From NCBI GenBank assembly GCA_964016885.1, contig OZ024740.1:296484001-296548000 (forward strand): a stretch of 64,000 bases of DNA. Reading direction: 5' to 3'. Position 1 is the first letter of the stretch. Every line of letters begins with the position of its first letter. Shown piece after piece: positions 1-13,525 of this stretch. This DNA comes from Eledone cirrhosa. Its lineage: Eukaryota. The translations under genes were made by a program, and so were the position numbers. The notes under the pieces were generated by a model. It did no database searches, was not told the DNA's origin, and saw only the letters and a list, made by a program, of their open reading frames with translations.

Positions 1-3000
1 TTATTTGGTGATCCATTTTTTATTTGGGTGATCCATTCTTTATTTGGGTGATCCATTTTTTATTTTGGGGATCTATTTTTTATTTGGGTGATCCATTTTT
101 TATTTGGGGATCCATTTTTTATTTGGGTGATCCATTTTTTATTTGGGGGATCCATTTTTTATTTGGGGGATCCATTTTTTATTTGGGTGATCCATTTTTT
201 ATTTGGGGGATCCATTTTTTATTTGGGTGATCCATTTTTTATTTGGGGGATCCATTTTTTATTTGGGGGGCCATTTTTTATTTGGGGATCCATCAAATAA
301 AAAATGGATCAACCAAATAAAAAATGGATCACCCAAATAAAAAATGGATCCCTCAAATAAAAAATGGATCCATTTTTTATTTGGGGGATCCATTTTTTAT
401 TTGGGGGTTCCATTTTTTTATTTGGGGGATCCATTTTACATTTGGGTGATCCCTTTTTTATTTGGGTGATCCATATTTTATTTGGGGGATCCATTTTTTA
501 TTTGGGGGATCCATTTTTTATTTGGGTGATCCATTTTTTATTTGGGGGATCCATTTTTTATTTAGGTGATCCATTCTTTAGTTGGGTGATCCATTTATAT
601 TTGGGGGATCCATTTTTTATTTGTGTGATCCATTTTTTATTTGGCAGATCCATTTTTTATTTGGGGGATCCATTTTTTATTTGGGTGATCCATTTTTTAT
701 TTGGGGGATCCATTTTTTATTTGGGTTATACATTTTTTATTTGGGGGATCCATTTTTTATTTGGGTGATCCATTTTTTATTTGGGTGATCCATATTTTAT
801 TTGGGTGATCCATTTTTTATTTGGGGGATCCATTTTTATTTGGGTGATCTATTTTTGATTTGGGTGATCCATTTTTTATTTGGGGGATCCATTTTTTATT
901 TGGGTGATCCATTTTTTATTTGGGGGATCCATTTTTTATTTGGGAGATCCATTTTTGATTTGGGTGATCCATTTTCTATTTGGGTGATCCATTTTTTATT
1001 TGTTGGATCCATTTTTTATTTGGGGGATCCATTTTTATTTGGGGGACCCTATTTTTATTTGGGGGATCCATTTTACATTTGGGGTATCCATTTTTTATTT
1101 GGGTGATCCATTTTTTATTTGGGGGATCCATTTTTTATTTGGGTGATCCATTTTTTATTTGGGTGATCCATTTTTTATTTGGGTGATCCATTTTTTATTT
1201 GTTGGATCCATTTTTTATTTGGTGGATCGACTTTTTATTTGGGGGTTCCATTTTTTATTTGGGGGATCCATTTTACATTTGGGTGATCCATTTTTTATTT
1301 GGGTGATCCATTTTTTATTTAGGGGATCCATTTTTTATTTGGGTGATCCATTTTTTATTTGGGGGATCCATTTTTTATTTGGGTGATCCATTTTCTATTT
1401 GGGGGATCGATTTTTTATTTGGGGGTTCCATTTTTTATTTGGGGGATCCATCAAATAAAAAATGGATCACCCAAATAAAAAATGGATCACCCAAATAAAA
1501 AATGGATCCCCCAAATAGAAAATGGATCCATTTTTTATTTGGGTGATCCATATTTTATTTAGGGGATCCATTTTTTATTTGGGTGATCCATTTTTTATTT
1601 GGGTGATCCATTTTTTATTTGGGTGATCCATTTTTTATTTGGGTGATCCATTTTTTATTTTGGGGATCTATTTATTATTTGGGTGATCCATTTTTTATTT
1701 GGGGGATCCATTTTTTTTTGGGTGATCCATTTTTTATTTGGGGATCCATTTTTTATTTGGGGGATCCATTTTTTATTTGGGTGATCCATTTTTTATTTGG
1801 GGGATCCATTTTTTATTTGGGTGATCCATTTTTAATTTGGGGATCCATTTTTTATTTGGGTGATCCATTTTTTATTTGGGGGATCCATTTTTTGTTTGGG
1901 TTATCCATTTTTTATTTGGGGGATCCATTTTGTATTTGGGTGATCCATTTTTTATTTTGGGGATCCATTTTTTATTTGGGGGATCCATTTTTTATTTGGG
2001 TGATCCATTTTTTATTTGGGTGATCCATTTTTTTATTTGTGGATCCATTTTTTATTTGTGGGATCCATTTTTTATTTGGGGGTTCCCTTTTTTATTTGGG
2101 GGATCCATTTTACATTTGGGTGATCCATTTAGTAATTGGGTGATCCATTTTTTATTTGGGGGATCCATTTTTTATTTGGGTGATCCATTTTTTATTTGGG
2201 TGATCCCTTTTTTATTTGGGTGATCCATTTTTTATTTGGGGAATCCATTTTTATTTGGGGGTTCCATTTTTTATTTGGGGGATCCATTTTTTATTTGGGT
2301 GATCCATATTTTATTTAGGGGATCCATTTTTTATTTGGGTGATCCATTTTTTATTTGGGTGATCCATTTTTTATTTGGGTGATCCATTTTTTATTTTGGG
2401 GATCCATTTTTTATTTGGGTGATCCATTTTTTATTTGGGTGATGAATTTTTTATTTGGGTGATCCATTTTTTATTTGGGGGATCCATTTTTTATTTGGGT
2501 GATCCATTTTTTATTTTGGGGATCCATTTTTTATTTGGGTGATCCATTTTTTTATTTGGGGGATCCATTTTTTATTTGGGTGATCCATTTTTTATTTGGG
2601 GGATCCATTTTTTATTTGGGTGATCCATTTTTTATTTGGGGGATCCATTTTTTATTCGGGGGATCCATTTTTTATTTGGGTGATCCATTTTTTATTTGGG
2701 TGATCCATTTTTTATTTGGGGGATCCATTTTTTATTTCGGTGATCCATTTTTTATTTGGGTGATCCATTCTTTATGTGGGTGATCCATTTTTGATTTGAG
2801 GGATCCATTTTTTATTTGGGTGGTCCATTTTTTATTTGGGTGATCCATTTTTTATTTGGGTGATCCATTTTTTATTTGGGTGATCCATTTTTTATTTGGG
2901 TGATCCATTTTTTATTTGGGGGATCCATTTTTTATTTGTGTGATCCATTTTATATTTGGGGGATCCATTTTTTATTTGGGTATTCATTTTTTATTTGGGG

Positions 3001-6000
3001 GATCCATTTTTTGTTTGGGGGTCCCATTTTTTATTTGGGGGATCCATCAAACAAAAAATGGATCACCCAAATAAAAAATGGATCACCCAAATAAAAAATG
3101 GACCCCCAAACAAAAAATGGATCCATTTTTTATTTGGGGGATCCATTTTTTATTTGGGGGATCCATTTTTTATTTGGGTGATCCATTTTTTATTTGGGTG
3201 ATCCATTTTTTATTTGGGTGATCCATTTTTTATTTGGGGGATCCATTTTTTATTTGGATGATCCATTTTTTATTTGGGGGATCCATTTTTTATTTGGGCG
3301 ATCCAATTTTTATTTGGGTGATCCATTTTTTATTTGGGTGATCCATTTTTTATTTGGGTGATCCATTTTTTATTTGGGGGATCCATTTTTTATTTGTGTG
3401 ATCCATTTTATATTTGGGGGATCCATTTTTTATTTGGGTATCCATTTCTTATTTGGGTGATCCATTTTTTATTTTGGGGATCCATTTTTTATTTGGGGGA
3501 TCCATTTTTTATTTGGGTGATCCATTTTTTATTTGGGTGATCCATTTTTTATTTGTGGATCCATTTTTTATTTGTGGGATCCATTTTTTATTTGGGGGTT
3601 CCATTTTTTATTTGGGGGATCCATTTTACATTTGGGTGATCCATTTAGTAATTGGGTGATCCATTTTTTATTTGGGGGATCCATTTTTTATTTGGGTGAT
3701 CCATTTTTTATTTGGGTGATCCCTTTTTTATTTGGGTGATCCATTTTTTATTTGGGGGATCCATTTTTATTTGGGGGTTCCATTTTTTATTTGGGGATCC
3801 ATCAAATAAAGAATGGATCACCCAAATAAAAAAGGGATCACCCAAATAAAAAATGGATCCCCCAAATAAAAAATGGATCCATTTTTTATTTGGGTGATCC
3901 ATTTTTTATTTGGGGAATCCATTTTTTATTTGGGTGATGCAGTTTTTGTTTGGGTGATCCATTTTTTATTTGGGGGATCCATTTTTTATTTGGGTGATCC
4001 ATATTTTATTTAGGGGATCCATTTTTTATTTGGGTGATCCATTTTTTATTTGGGTGATCCATTTTTTATTTGGGGGATCCATTTTACATTTGGGTGATCC
4101 ATTTTTTATTTGGGTGATCCATTTTTTATTTGGGGGTTCCATTTTTTATTTGGGGGATCCATCAAATAAAAAATGGATCCCCCAAATAAAAAATGGATCC
4201 ATTTTTTATTTGGGTGATCCATTTTTTATTTGGGGGATCCATTTTTTATTTGGGTGATCCAGTTTTTGTTTGGGTGATCCATTTTTTATTTGGGGGATCC
4301 ATTTTTTATTTGGGTGATCCATATTTTATTTAGGGGATCGATTTTTTATTTGGTGATCCATTTTTTATTTGGGTGATCCATTCTTTATTTGGGTGATCCA
4401 TTTTTTATTTTGGGGATCTATTTTTTATTTGGGTGATCCATTTTTTATTTGGGGATCCATTTTTTATTTGGGTGATCCATTTTTTATTTGGGGGATCCAT
4501 TTTTTATTTGGGGGATCCATTTTTTATTTGGGTGATCCATTTTTTATTTGGGGGATCCATTTTTTATTTGGGTGATCCATTTTTTATTTGGGGGATCCAT
4601 TTTTTATTTGGGGGGCCATTTTTTATTTGGGGATCCATCAAATAAAAAATGGATCACCCAAATAAAAAATGGATCACCCAAATAAAAAATGGATCCCTCA
4701 AATAAAAAATGGATCCATTTTTTATTTGGGGGATCCATTTTTTATTTGGGGGTTCCATTTTTTTATTTGGGGGATCCATTTTACATTTGGGTGATCCATT
4801 TTTTATTTGGGTGATCCATATTTTATTTGGGGGATCCATTTTTTATTTGAGGGATCCATTTTTTATTTGGGTGATCCATTTTTTATTTGGGGGATCCATT
4901 TTTTATTTAGGTGATCCATTCTTTAGTTGGGTGATCCATTTATATTTGGGGGATCCATTTTTTATTTGTGTGATCCATTTTTTATTTGGCAGATCCATTT
5001 TTTATTTGGGGGATCCATTTTTTATTTGGGTGATCCATTTTTTATTTGGGGGATCCATTTTTTATTTGGGTTATACATTTTTTATTTGGGGGATCCATTT
5101 TTTATTTGGGTGATCCATTTTTTATTTGGGTGATCCATATTTTATTTGGGTGATCCATTTTTTATTTGGGGGATCCATTTTTATTTGGGTGATCTATTTT
5201 TGATTTGGGTGATCCATTTTTTATTTGGGGGATCCATTTTTTATTTGGGTGATCCATTTTTTATTTGGGGGATCCATTTTTTATTTGGGAGATCCATTTT
5301 TGATTTGGGTGATCCATTTTTTATTTGGGTGATCCATTTTTTATTTGTTGGATCCATTTTTTATTTGGGGGATCCATTTTTATTTGGGGGACCCTATTTT
5401 TATTTGGGGGATCCATTTTACATTTGGGGTATCCATTTTTTATTTGGGTGATCCATTTTTTATTTGGGGGATCCATTTTTTATTTGGGTGATCCATTTTT
5501 TATTTGGGTGATCCATTTTTTATTTGGGTGATCCATTTTTTATTTGTTGGATCCATTTTTTATTTGGTGGATCGACTTTTTATTTGGGGGTTCCATTTTT
5601 TATTTGGGGGATCCATTTTACATTTGGGTGATCCATTTTTTATTTGGGTGATCCATTTTTTATTTAGGGGATCCATTTTTTATTTGGGTGATCCATTTTT
5701 TATTTGGGGGATCCATTTTTTATTTGGGGGATCCATTTTCTATTTGGGGGATCGATTTTTTATTTGGGGGTTCCATTTTTTATTTGGGGGATCCATCAAA
5801 TAAAAAATGGATCACCCAAATAAAAAATGGATCACCCAAATAAAAAATGGATCCCCCAAATAGAAAATGGATCCATTTTTTATTTGGGTGATCCATATTT
5901 TATTTAGGGGATCCATTTTTTATTTGGGTGATCCATTTTTTATTTGGGTGATCCATTTTTTATTTGGGTGATCCATTTTTTATTTGGGTGATCCATTTTT

Positions 6001-7690
6001 TATTTTGGGGATCTATTTATTATTTGGGTGATCCATTTTTTATTTGGGGGATCCATTTTTTTTTGGGTGATCCATTTTTTATTTGGGGATCCATTTTTTA
6101 TTTGGGGGATCCATTTTTTATTTGGGTGATCCATTTTTTATTTGGGGGATCCATTTTTTATTTGGGTGATCCATTTTTAATTTGGGGATCCATTTTTTAT
6201 TTGGGTGATCCATTTTTTATTTGGGGGATCGATTTTTTGTTTGGGTTATCCATTTTTTATTTGGGGGATCCATTTTGTATTTGGGTGATCCATTTTTTAT
6301 TTTGGGGATCCATTTTTTATTTGGGGGATCCATTTTTTATTTGGGTGATCCATTTTTTATTTGGGTGATCCATTTTTTTATTTGTGGATCCATTTTTTAT
6401 TTGTGGGATCCATTTTTTATTTGGGGGTTCCATTTTTTATTTGGGGGATCCATTTTACATTTGGGTGATCCATTTAGTAATTGGGTGATCCATTTTTTAT
6501 TTGGGGGATCCATTTTTTATTTGGGTGATCCATTTTTTATTTGGGTGATCCCTTTTTTATTTGGGTGATCCATTTTTTATTTGGGGAATCCATTTTTATT
6601 TGGGGGTTCCATTTTTTATTTGGGGGATCCATTTTTTATTTGGGTGATCCATATTTTATTTAGGGGATCCATTTTTTATTTGGGTGATCCATTTTTTATT
6701 TGGGTGATCCATTTTTTATTTGGGTGATCCATTTTTGATTTTGGGGATCCATTTTTTATTTGGGTGATCCATTTTTTATTTGGGTGATGAATTTTTTATT
6801 TGGGTGATCCATTTTTTATTTGGGGGATCCATTTTTTATTTGGGTGATCCATTTTTTATTTTGGGGATCCATTTTTTATTTGGGTGATCCATTTTTTTAT
6901 TTGGGGGATCCATTTTTTATTTGGGTGATCCATTTTTTATTTGGGGGATCCATTTTTTATTTGGGTGATCCATTTTTTATTTGGAGGATCCATTTTTTAT
7001 TCGGGGGATCCATTTTTTATTTGGGTGATCCATTTTTTATTTGGGTGATCCATTTTTTATTTGGGGGATCCATTTTTTATTTCGGTGATCCATTTTTTAT
7101 TTGGGTGATCCATTCTTTATGTGGGTGATCCATTTTTGATTTGAGGGATCCATTTTTTATTTGGGTGGTCCATTTTTTATTTGGGTGATCCATTTTTTAT
7201 TTGGGTGATCCATTTTTTATTTGGGTGATCCATTTTTTATTTGGGTGATCCATTTTTTATTTGGGGGATCCATTTTTTATTTGTGTGATCCATTTTATAT
7301 TTGGGGGATCCATTTTTTATTTGGGTATTCATTTTTTATTTGGGGGATCCATTTTTTATTTGGGGGTCCCATTTTTTATTTGGGGGATCCATCAAACAAA
7401 AAATGGATCACCCAAATAAAAAATGGATCACCCAAATAAAAAATGGACCCCCAAACAAAAAATGGATCCATTTTTTATTTGGGGGATCCATTTTTTATTT
7501 GGGGGATCCATTTTTTATTTGGGTGATCCATTTTTTATTTGGGTGATCCATTTTTTATTTGGGTGATCCATTTTTTATTTGGGGGATCCATTTTTTATTT
7601 GGATGATCCATTTTTTATTTTGGGGATCCATTTTTTATTTGGGCGATCCAATTTTTATTTGGGTGATCCATTTTTTATTTGGGTGATCCA
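1..7690 (+). repeat. 4,345-bp higher-order direct duplication (1-~3,345 matches 4,346-~7,690; second copy cut by the large inversion)
   Basis: Near-identical variant patterns at constant offset 4,345: ORF anchors 24/4369, 364/4709, 801/5146, 1619/5964, 2475/6820, 2876/7221. Micro-inversions at 291/4636, 1449/5794 and 3045/7390. Confidence 0.93.
291..371 (-). repeat. Micro-inversion of 4 monomers (type example). Others near 1449, 3045, 3800, 4160, 4636, 5794, 7390, 11218, 12157, 12913, 13373, 13712, 16266, 17102, 17982, 18738, 19617, 39470 and 39946
   Basis: Forward monomers switch at GGATCCAT|CAAATAAAAAATGGATC to 2-4 reverse-complement monomers, then return through the palindrome AAATAAAAAATGGATCCATTTTTTATTT. 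Confidence 0.95.
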
Positions 7691-10538
7691 TCAAATAAAG
7701 AATGGATCACCCAAATAAAAAATGGATCCCCCAAATGTAAAATGGATCCCCCAAATAAAAAATGGATCCCCCAAATAAAAGTGGATCCATTTTTTATTTG
7801 GGGGATCCATTTTTTATTTGAGTGATCCATTTTTTATTTGGGTGATCCATTTCTTATTTGATGGAACCCCCAAATAAAAAATGGAACACCCAAATAAAAA
7901 ATGGATCCCCCAAATAAAAAATGGATCACCCAAATAAAAAATGGATCCCCCAAATAAAAAATGGATCACCCAAATAAAAAATGGATCCCCCAAATAAAAA
8001 ATGGATCAGCCAAATAAAAAATAGATCCCCAAAATAAAAAATAGATCACCCAAATAAAAAATGGATCACCCAAATAAAAAATGGATCACCCAAATAAAAA
8101 ATGGATCCCCTAAATAAAATATGGATCACCCAAATAAAAAATGGATCCCCCAAATAAAAAATGGATCACCCAAACAAAAACTGCATCACCCAAATAAAAA
8201 ATGGATTCCCCAAATAAAAAATGGATCACCCAAATAAAAAATGGATCCATTTTTTATTTGGGGGATCCATTTTTTATTTGGGTGATCCCTTTTTTATTTG
8301 GGTGATCCATTTTTTATTTGACGGATCCCCCAAATAAAAAATGGAACCCCCAAATAAAAATGGATCCCCCAAATAAAAAATGGATCACCCAAATAAAAAA
8401 GGGATCACCCAAATAAAAAATGGATCACCCAAATAAAAAATGGATCCCCCAAATAAAAAATGGATCACCCAATTACTAAATGGATCACCCAAATGTAAAA
8501 TGGATCCCCCAAATAAAAAATGGAACCCCCAAATAAAAAATGGATCCCACAAATAAAAAATGGATCCACAAATAAAAAATGGATCACCCAAATAAAAAAT
8601 GGATCACCCAAATAAAAAATGGATCCCCCAAATAAAAAATGGATCCCCAAAATAAAAAATGGATCACCCAAATAAGAAATGGATACCCAAATAAAAAATG
8701 GATCCCCCAAATATAAAATGGATCACACAAATAAAAAATGGATCCCCCAAATAAAAAATGGATCACCCAAATAAAAAATGGATCACCCAAATAAAAAATG
8801 GATCACCCAAATAAAAATTGGATCGCCCAAATAAAAAATGGATCCCCCAAATAAAAAATGGATCATCCAAATAAAAAATGGATCCCCCAAATAAAAAATG
8901 GATCACCCAAATAAAAAATGGATCACCCAAATAAAAAATGGATCACCCAAATAAAAAATGGATCCCCCAAATATAAAATGGATCCCCCAAATAAAAAATG
9001 GATCCATTTTTTGTTTGGGGGGTCCATTTTTTATTTGGGTGATCCATTTTTTATTTGGGTGATCCATTTTTTATTTGATGGATCCCCCAAATAAAAAATG
9101 GATCCCCCAAATAAAAAATGGATCACCCAAATAAAAAATGGATCACCCAAATAAAAAATGGATCACCCAAATAAAAAATGGATCACCCAAATAAAAAATG
9201 GATCCCTCAAATCAAAAATGGATCACCCACATAAAAAATGGATCACCCAAATAAAAAATGGATCACCCAAATAAAAAATGGATCCCCCAAATAAAAAATG
9301 GATCACCCAAATAAAAAATGGATCACCCAAATAAAAAATGGATCCCCCGAATAAAAAATGGATCCCCCAAATAAAAAATGGATCACCCAAATAAAAAATG
9401 GATCCCCCAAATAAAAAATGGATCACCCAAATAAAAAATGGATCCCCCAAATAAAAAATGGATCACCCAAATAAAAAATGGATCCCCAAAATAAAAAATG
9501 GATCACCCAAATAAAAAATGGATCCCCCAAATAAAAAATGGATCACCCAAATAAAAAATGCATCACCCAAATAAAAAATGGATCACCCAAATAAAAAATG
9601 GATCCCCAAAATAAAAAATGGATCACCCAAATAAAAAATGGATCACCCAAATAAAAAATGGATCACCCAAATAAAAAATGGATCCCCTAAATAAAATATG
9701 GATCACCCAAATAAAAAATGGATCCCCCAAATAAAAAATGGATCACCCAAACAAAAACTGCATCACCCAAATAAAAAATGGATTCCCCAAATAAAAAATG
9801 GATCACCCAAATAAAAAATGGATCCATTTTTTATTTGGGGGATCCATTTTTTATTTGGGTGATCCCTTTTTTATTTGGGTGATCCATTCTTTATTTGATG
9901 GATCCCCCAAATAAAAAATGGAACCCCCAAATAAAAATGGATCCCCCAAATAAAAAATGGATCACCCAAATAAAAAAGGGATCACCCAAATAAAAAATGG
10001 ATCACCCAAATAAAAAATGGATCCCCCAAATAAAAAATGGATCACCCAATTACTAAATGGATCACCCAAATGTAAAATGGATCCCCCAAATAAAAAATGG
10101 AACCCCCAAATAAAAAATGGATCCCACAAATAAAAAATGGATCCACAAATAAAAAATGGATCACCCAAATAAAAAATGGATCACCCAAATAAAAAATGGA
10201 TCCCCCAAATAAAAAATGGATCCCCAAAATAAAAAATGGATCACCCAAATAAGAAATGGATACCCAAATAAAAAATGGATCCCCCAAATATAAAATGGAT
10301 CACACAAATAAAAAATGGATCCCCCAAATAAAAAATGGATCACCCAAATAAAAAATGGATCACCCAAATAAAAAATGGATCACCCAAATAAAAATTGGAT
10401 CGCCCAAATAAAAAATGGATCCCCAAAATAAAAAATGGATCATCCAAATAAAAAATGGATCCCCCAAATAAAAAATGGATCACCCAAATAAAAAATGGAT
10501 CACCCAAATAAAAAATGGACCCCCAAACAAAAAATGGA
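7691..10538 (-). repeat. ~2.85-kb inverted segment of the array (left arm of the large palindrome)
   Basis: Monomers read CCCAAATAAAAAATGGATC on the + strand from ~7,691 to 10,538. They are interrupted only by four forward islands (~7,787-7,862, 8,247-8,322, 9,003-9,078, 9,823-9,898), which are the micro-inversions seen in mirror image. Confidence 0.97.
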
Positions 10539-13525
10539 TCCATTTTTTATTTGGGGGATCCATTTTTTATTTGGGGGATCCATTTTTTATTTGGGTGATC
10601 CATTTTTTATTTGGGTGATCCATTTTTTATTTGGGTGATCCATTTTTTATTTGGGGGATCCATTTTTTATTTGGATGATCCATTTTTTATTTTGGGGATC
10701 CATTTTTTATTTGGGCGATCCAATTTTTATTTGGGTGATCCATTTTTTATTTGGGTGATCCATTTTTTATTTGGGTGATCCATTTTTTATTTGGGGGATC
10801 CATTTTTTATTTGTGTGATCCATTTTATATTTGGGGGATCCATTTTTTATTTGGGTATCCATTTCTTATTTGGGTGATCCATTTTTTATTTTGGGGATCC
10901 ATTTTTTATTTGGGGGATCCATTTTTTATTTGGGTGATCCATTTTTTATTTGGGTGATCCATTTTTTATTTGTGGATCCATTTTTTATTTGTGGGATCCA
11001 TTTTTTATTTGGGGGTTCCATTTTTTATTTGGGGGATCCATTTTACATTTGGGTGATCCATTTAGTAATTGGGTGATCCATTTTTTATTTGGGGGATCCA
11101 TTTTTTATTTGGGTGATCCATTTTTTATTTGGGTGATCCCTTTTTTATTTGGGTGATCCATTTTTTATTTGGGGGATCCATTTTTATTTGGGGGTTCCAT
11201 TTTTTATTTGGGGGATCCATCAAATAAAGAATGGATCACCCAAATAAAAAAGGGATCACCCAAATAAAAAATGGATCCCCCAAATAAAAAATGGATCCAT
11301 TTTTTATTTGGGTGATCCATTTTTTATTTGGGGAATCCATTTTTTATTTGGGTGATGCAGTTTTTGTTTGGGTGATCCATTTTTTATTTGGGGGATCCAT
11401 TTTTTATTTGGGTGATCCATATTTTATTTAGGGGATCCATTTTTTATTTGGGTGATCCATTTTTTATTTGGGTGATCCATTTTTTATTTGGGTGATCCAT
11501 TTTTTATTTTGGGGATCCATTTTTTATTTGGGTGATCCATTTTTTATTTGGGTGATGCATTTTTTATTTGGGTGATCCATTTTTTATTTGGGGGATCCAT
11601 TTTTTATTTGGGTGATCCATTTTTTATTTTGGGGATCCATTTTTTATTTGGGTGATCCATTTTTTATTTGGGGGATCCATTTTTTATTTGGGTGATCCAT
11701 TTTTTATTTGGGGGATCCATTTTTTATTTGGGTGATCCATTTTTTATTTGGGGGATCCATTTTTTATTCGGGGGATCCATTTTTTATTTGGGTGATCCAT
11801 TTTTTATTTGGGTGATCCATTTTTTATTTGGGGGATCCATTTTTTATTTGGGTGATCCATTTTTTATTTGGGTGATCCATTTTTTATGTGGGTGATCCAT
11901 TTTTGATTTGAGGGATCCATTTTTTATTTGGGTGGTCCATTTTTTATTTGGGTGATCCATTTTTTATTTGGGTGATCCATTTTTTATTTGGGTGATCCAT
12001 TTTTTATTTGGGTGATCCATTTTTTATTTGGGGGATCCATTTTTTATTTGTGTGATCCATTTTATATTTGGGGGATCCATTTTTTATTTGGGTATTCATT
12101 TTTTATTTGGGGGATCCATTTTTTATTTGGGGGTCCCATTTTTTATTTGGGGGATCCATCAAATAAAAAATGGATCACCCAAATAAAAAATGGATCACCC
12201 AAATAAAAAATGGACCCCCCAAACAAAAAATGGATCCATTTTTTATTTGGGGGATCCATTTTATATTTGGGGGATCCATTTTTTATTTGGGTGATCCATT
12301 TTTTATTTGGGTGATCCATTTTTTATTTGGGTGATCCATTTTTTATTTGGGGGATCCATTTTTTATTTGGATGATCCATTTTTTATTTGGGGGATCCATT
12401 TTTTATTTGGGCGATCCAATTTTTATTTGGGTGATCCATTTTTTATTTGGGTGATCCATTTTTTATTTGGGTGATCCATTTTTTATTTGGGGGATCCATT
12501 TTTTATTTGTGTGATCCATTTTATATTTGGGGGATCCATTTTTTATTTGGGTATCCATTTCTTATTTGGGTGATCCATTTTTTATTTTGGGGATCCATTT
12601 TTTATTTGGGGGATCCATTTTTTATTTGGGTGATCCATTTTTTATTTGGGTGATCCATTTTTTATTTGTGGATCCATTTTTTATTTGTGGGATCCATTTT
12701 TTATTTGGGGGTTCCATTTTTTATTTGGGGGATCCATTTTACATTTGGGTGATCCATTTAGTAATTGGGTGATCCATTTTTTATTTGGGGGATCCATTTT
12801 TTATTTGGGTGATCCATTTTTTATTTGGGTGATCCCTTTTTTATTTGGGTGATCCATTTTTTATTTGGGGGATCCATTTTTATTTGGGGGTTCCATTTTT
12901 TATTTGGGGGATCCGTCAAATAAAAAATGGATCACCCAAATAAAAAAGGGATCACCCAAATAAAAAATGGATCCCCCAAATAAAAAATGGATCCATTTTT
13001 TATTTGGGTGATCCATTTTTTATTTGGGGAATCCATTTTTTATTTGGGTGATGCAGTTTTTGTTTGGGTGATCCATTTTTTATTTGGGGGATCCATTTTT
13101 TATTTGGGTGATCCATATTTTATTTAGGGGATCCATTTTTTATTTGGGTGATCCATTTTTTATTTGGGTGATCCATTTTTTATTTGGGTGATCTATTTTT
13201 TATTTTGGGGATCTATTTTTTATTTGGCTGATCCATTTTTTATTTGGGGGATCCATTTTTTATTTGGGTGATCCATTTTTTATTTGGGGGATCCATTTTT
13301 TATTTGGGTGATCCATTTTTTATTTGGGGGATCCATTTTTTATTTGGGTGTTCCATTTTTTATTTGGGGGTTCCATCAAATAAGAAATGGATCACCCAAA
13401 TAAAAAATGGATCACTCAAATAAAAAATGGATCCCCCAAATAAAAAATGGATCCACTTTTATTTGGGGGATCCATTTTTTATTTGGGGGATCCATTTTAC
13501 ATTTGGGGGATCCATTTTTTATTTT
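10539..13525 (+). repeat. Right arm of the large palindrome; contains a 1,696-bp internal direct repeat
   Basis: Mirror ORF anchors have constant coordinate sums: 21,118 (9962-10168/10950-11156; 9223-9450/11668-11895) and 21,237 (8385-8591/12646-12852). Internal repeat anchors 10751/12447 and 10950/12646 are offset by 1,696. Confidence 0.93.

Noticed and set aside
291-371. Micro-inversions as MITE/transposon termini or recombinase-controlled invertons
   Set aside because: They consist only of satellite monomers. There are no target-site duplications, internal unique sequence or recombinase gene in the window.
1660-1685. Similarity to E. coli oriC 13-mer unwinding element (GATCTATTTATT) or plasmid iterons
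   Set aside because: It is a low-complexity resemblance arising from a monomer variant. No DnaA boxes, rep gene or discrete origin structure are present.
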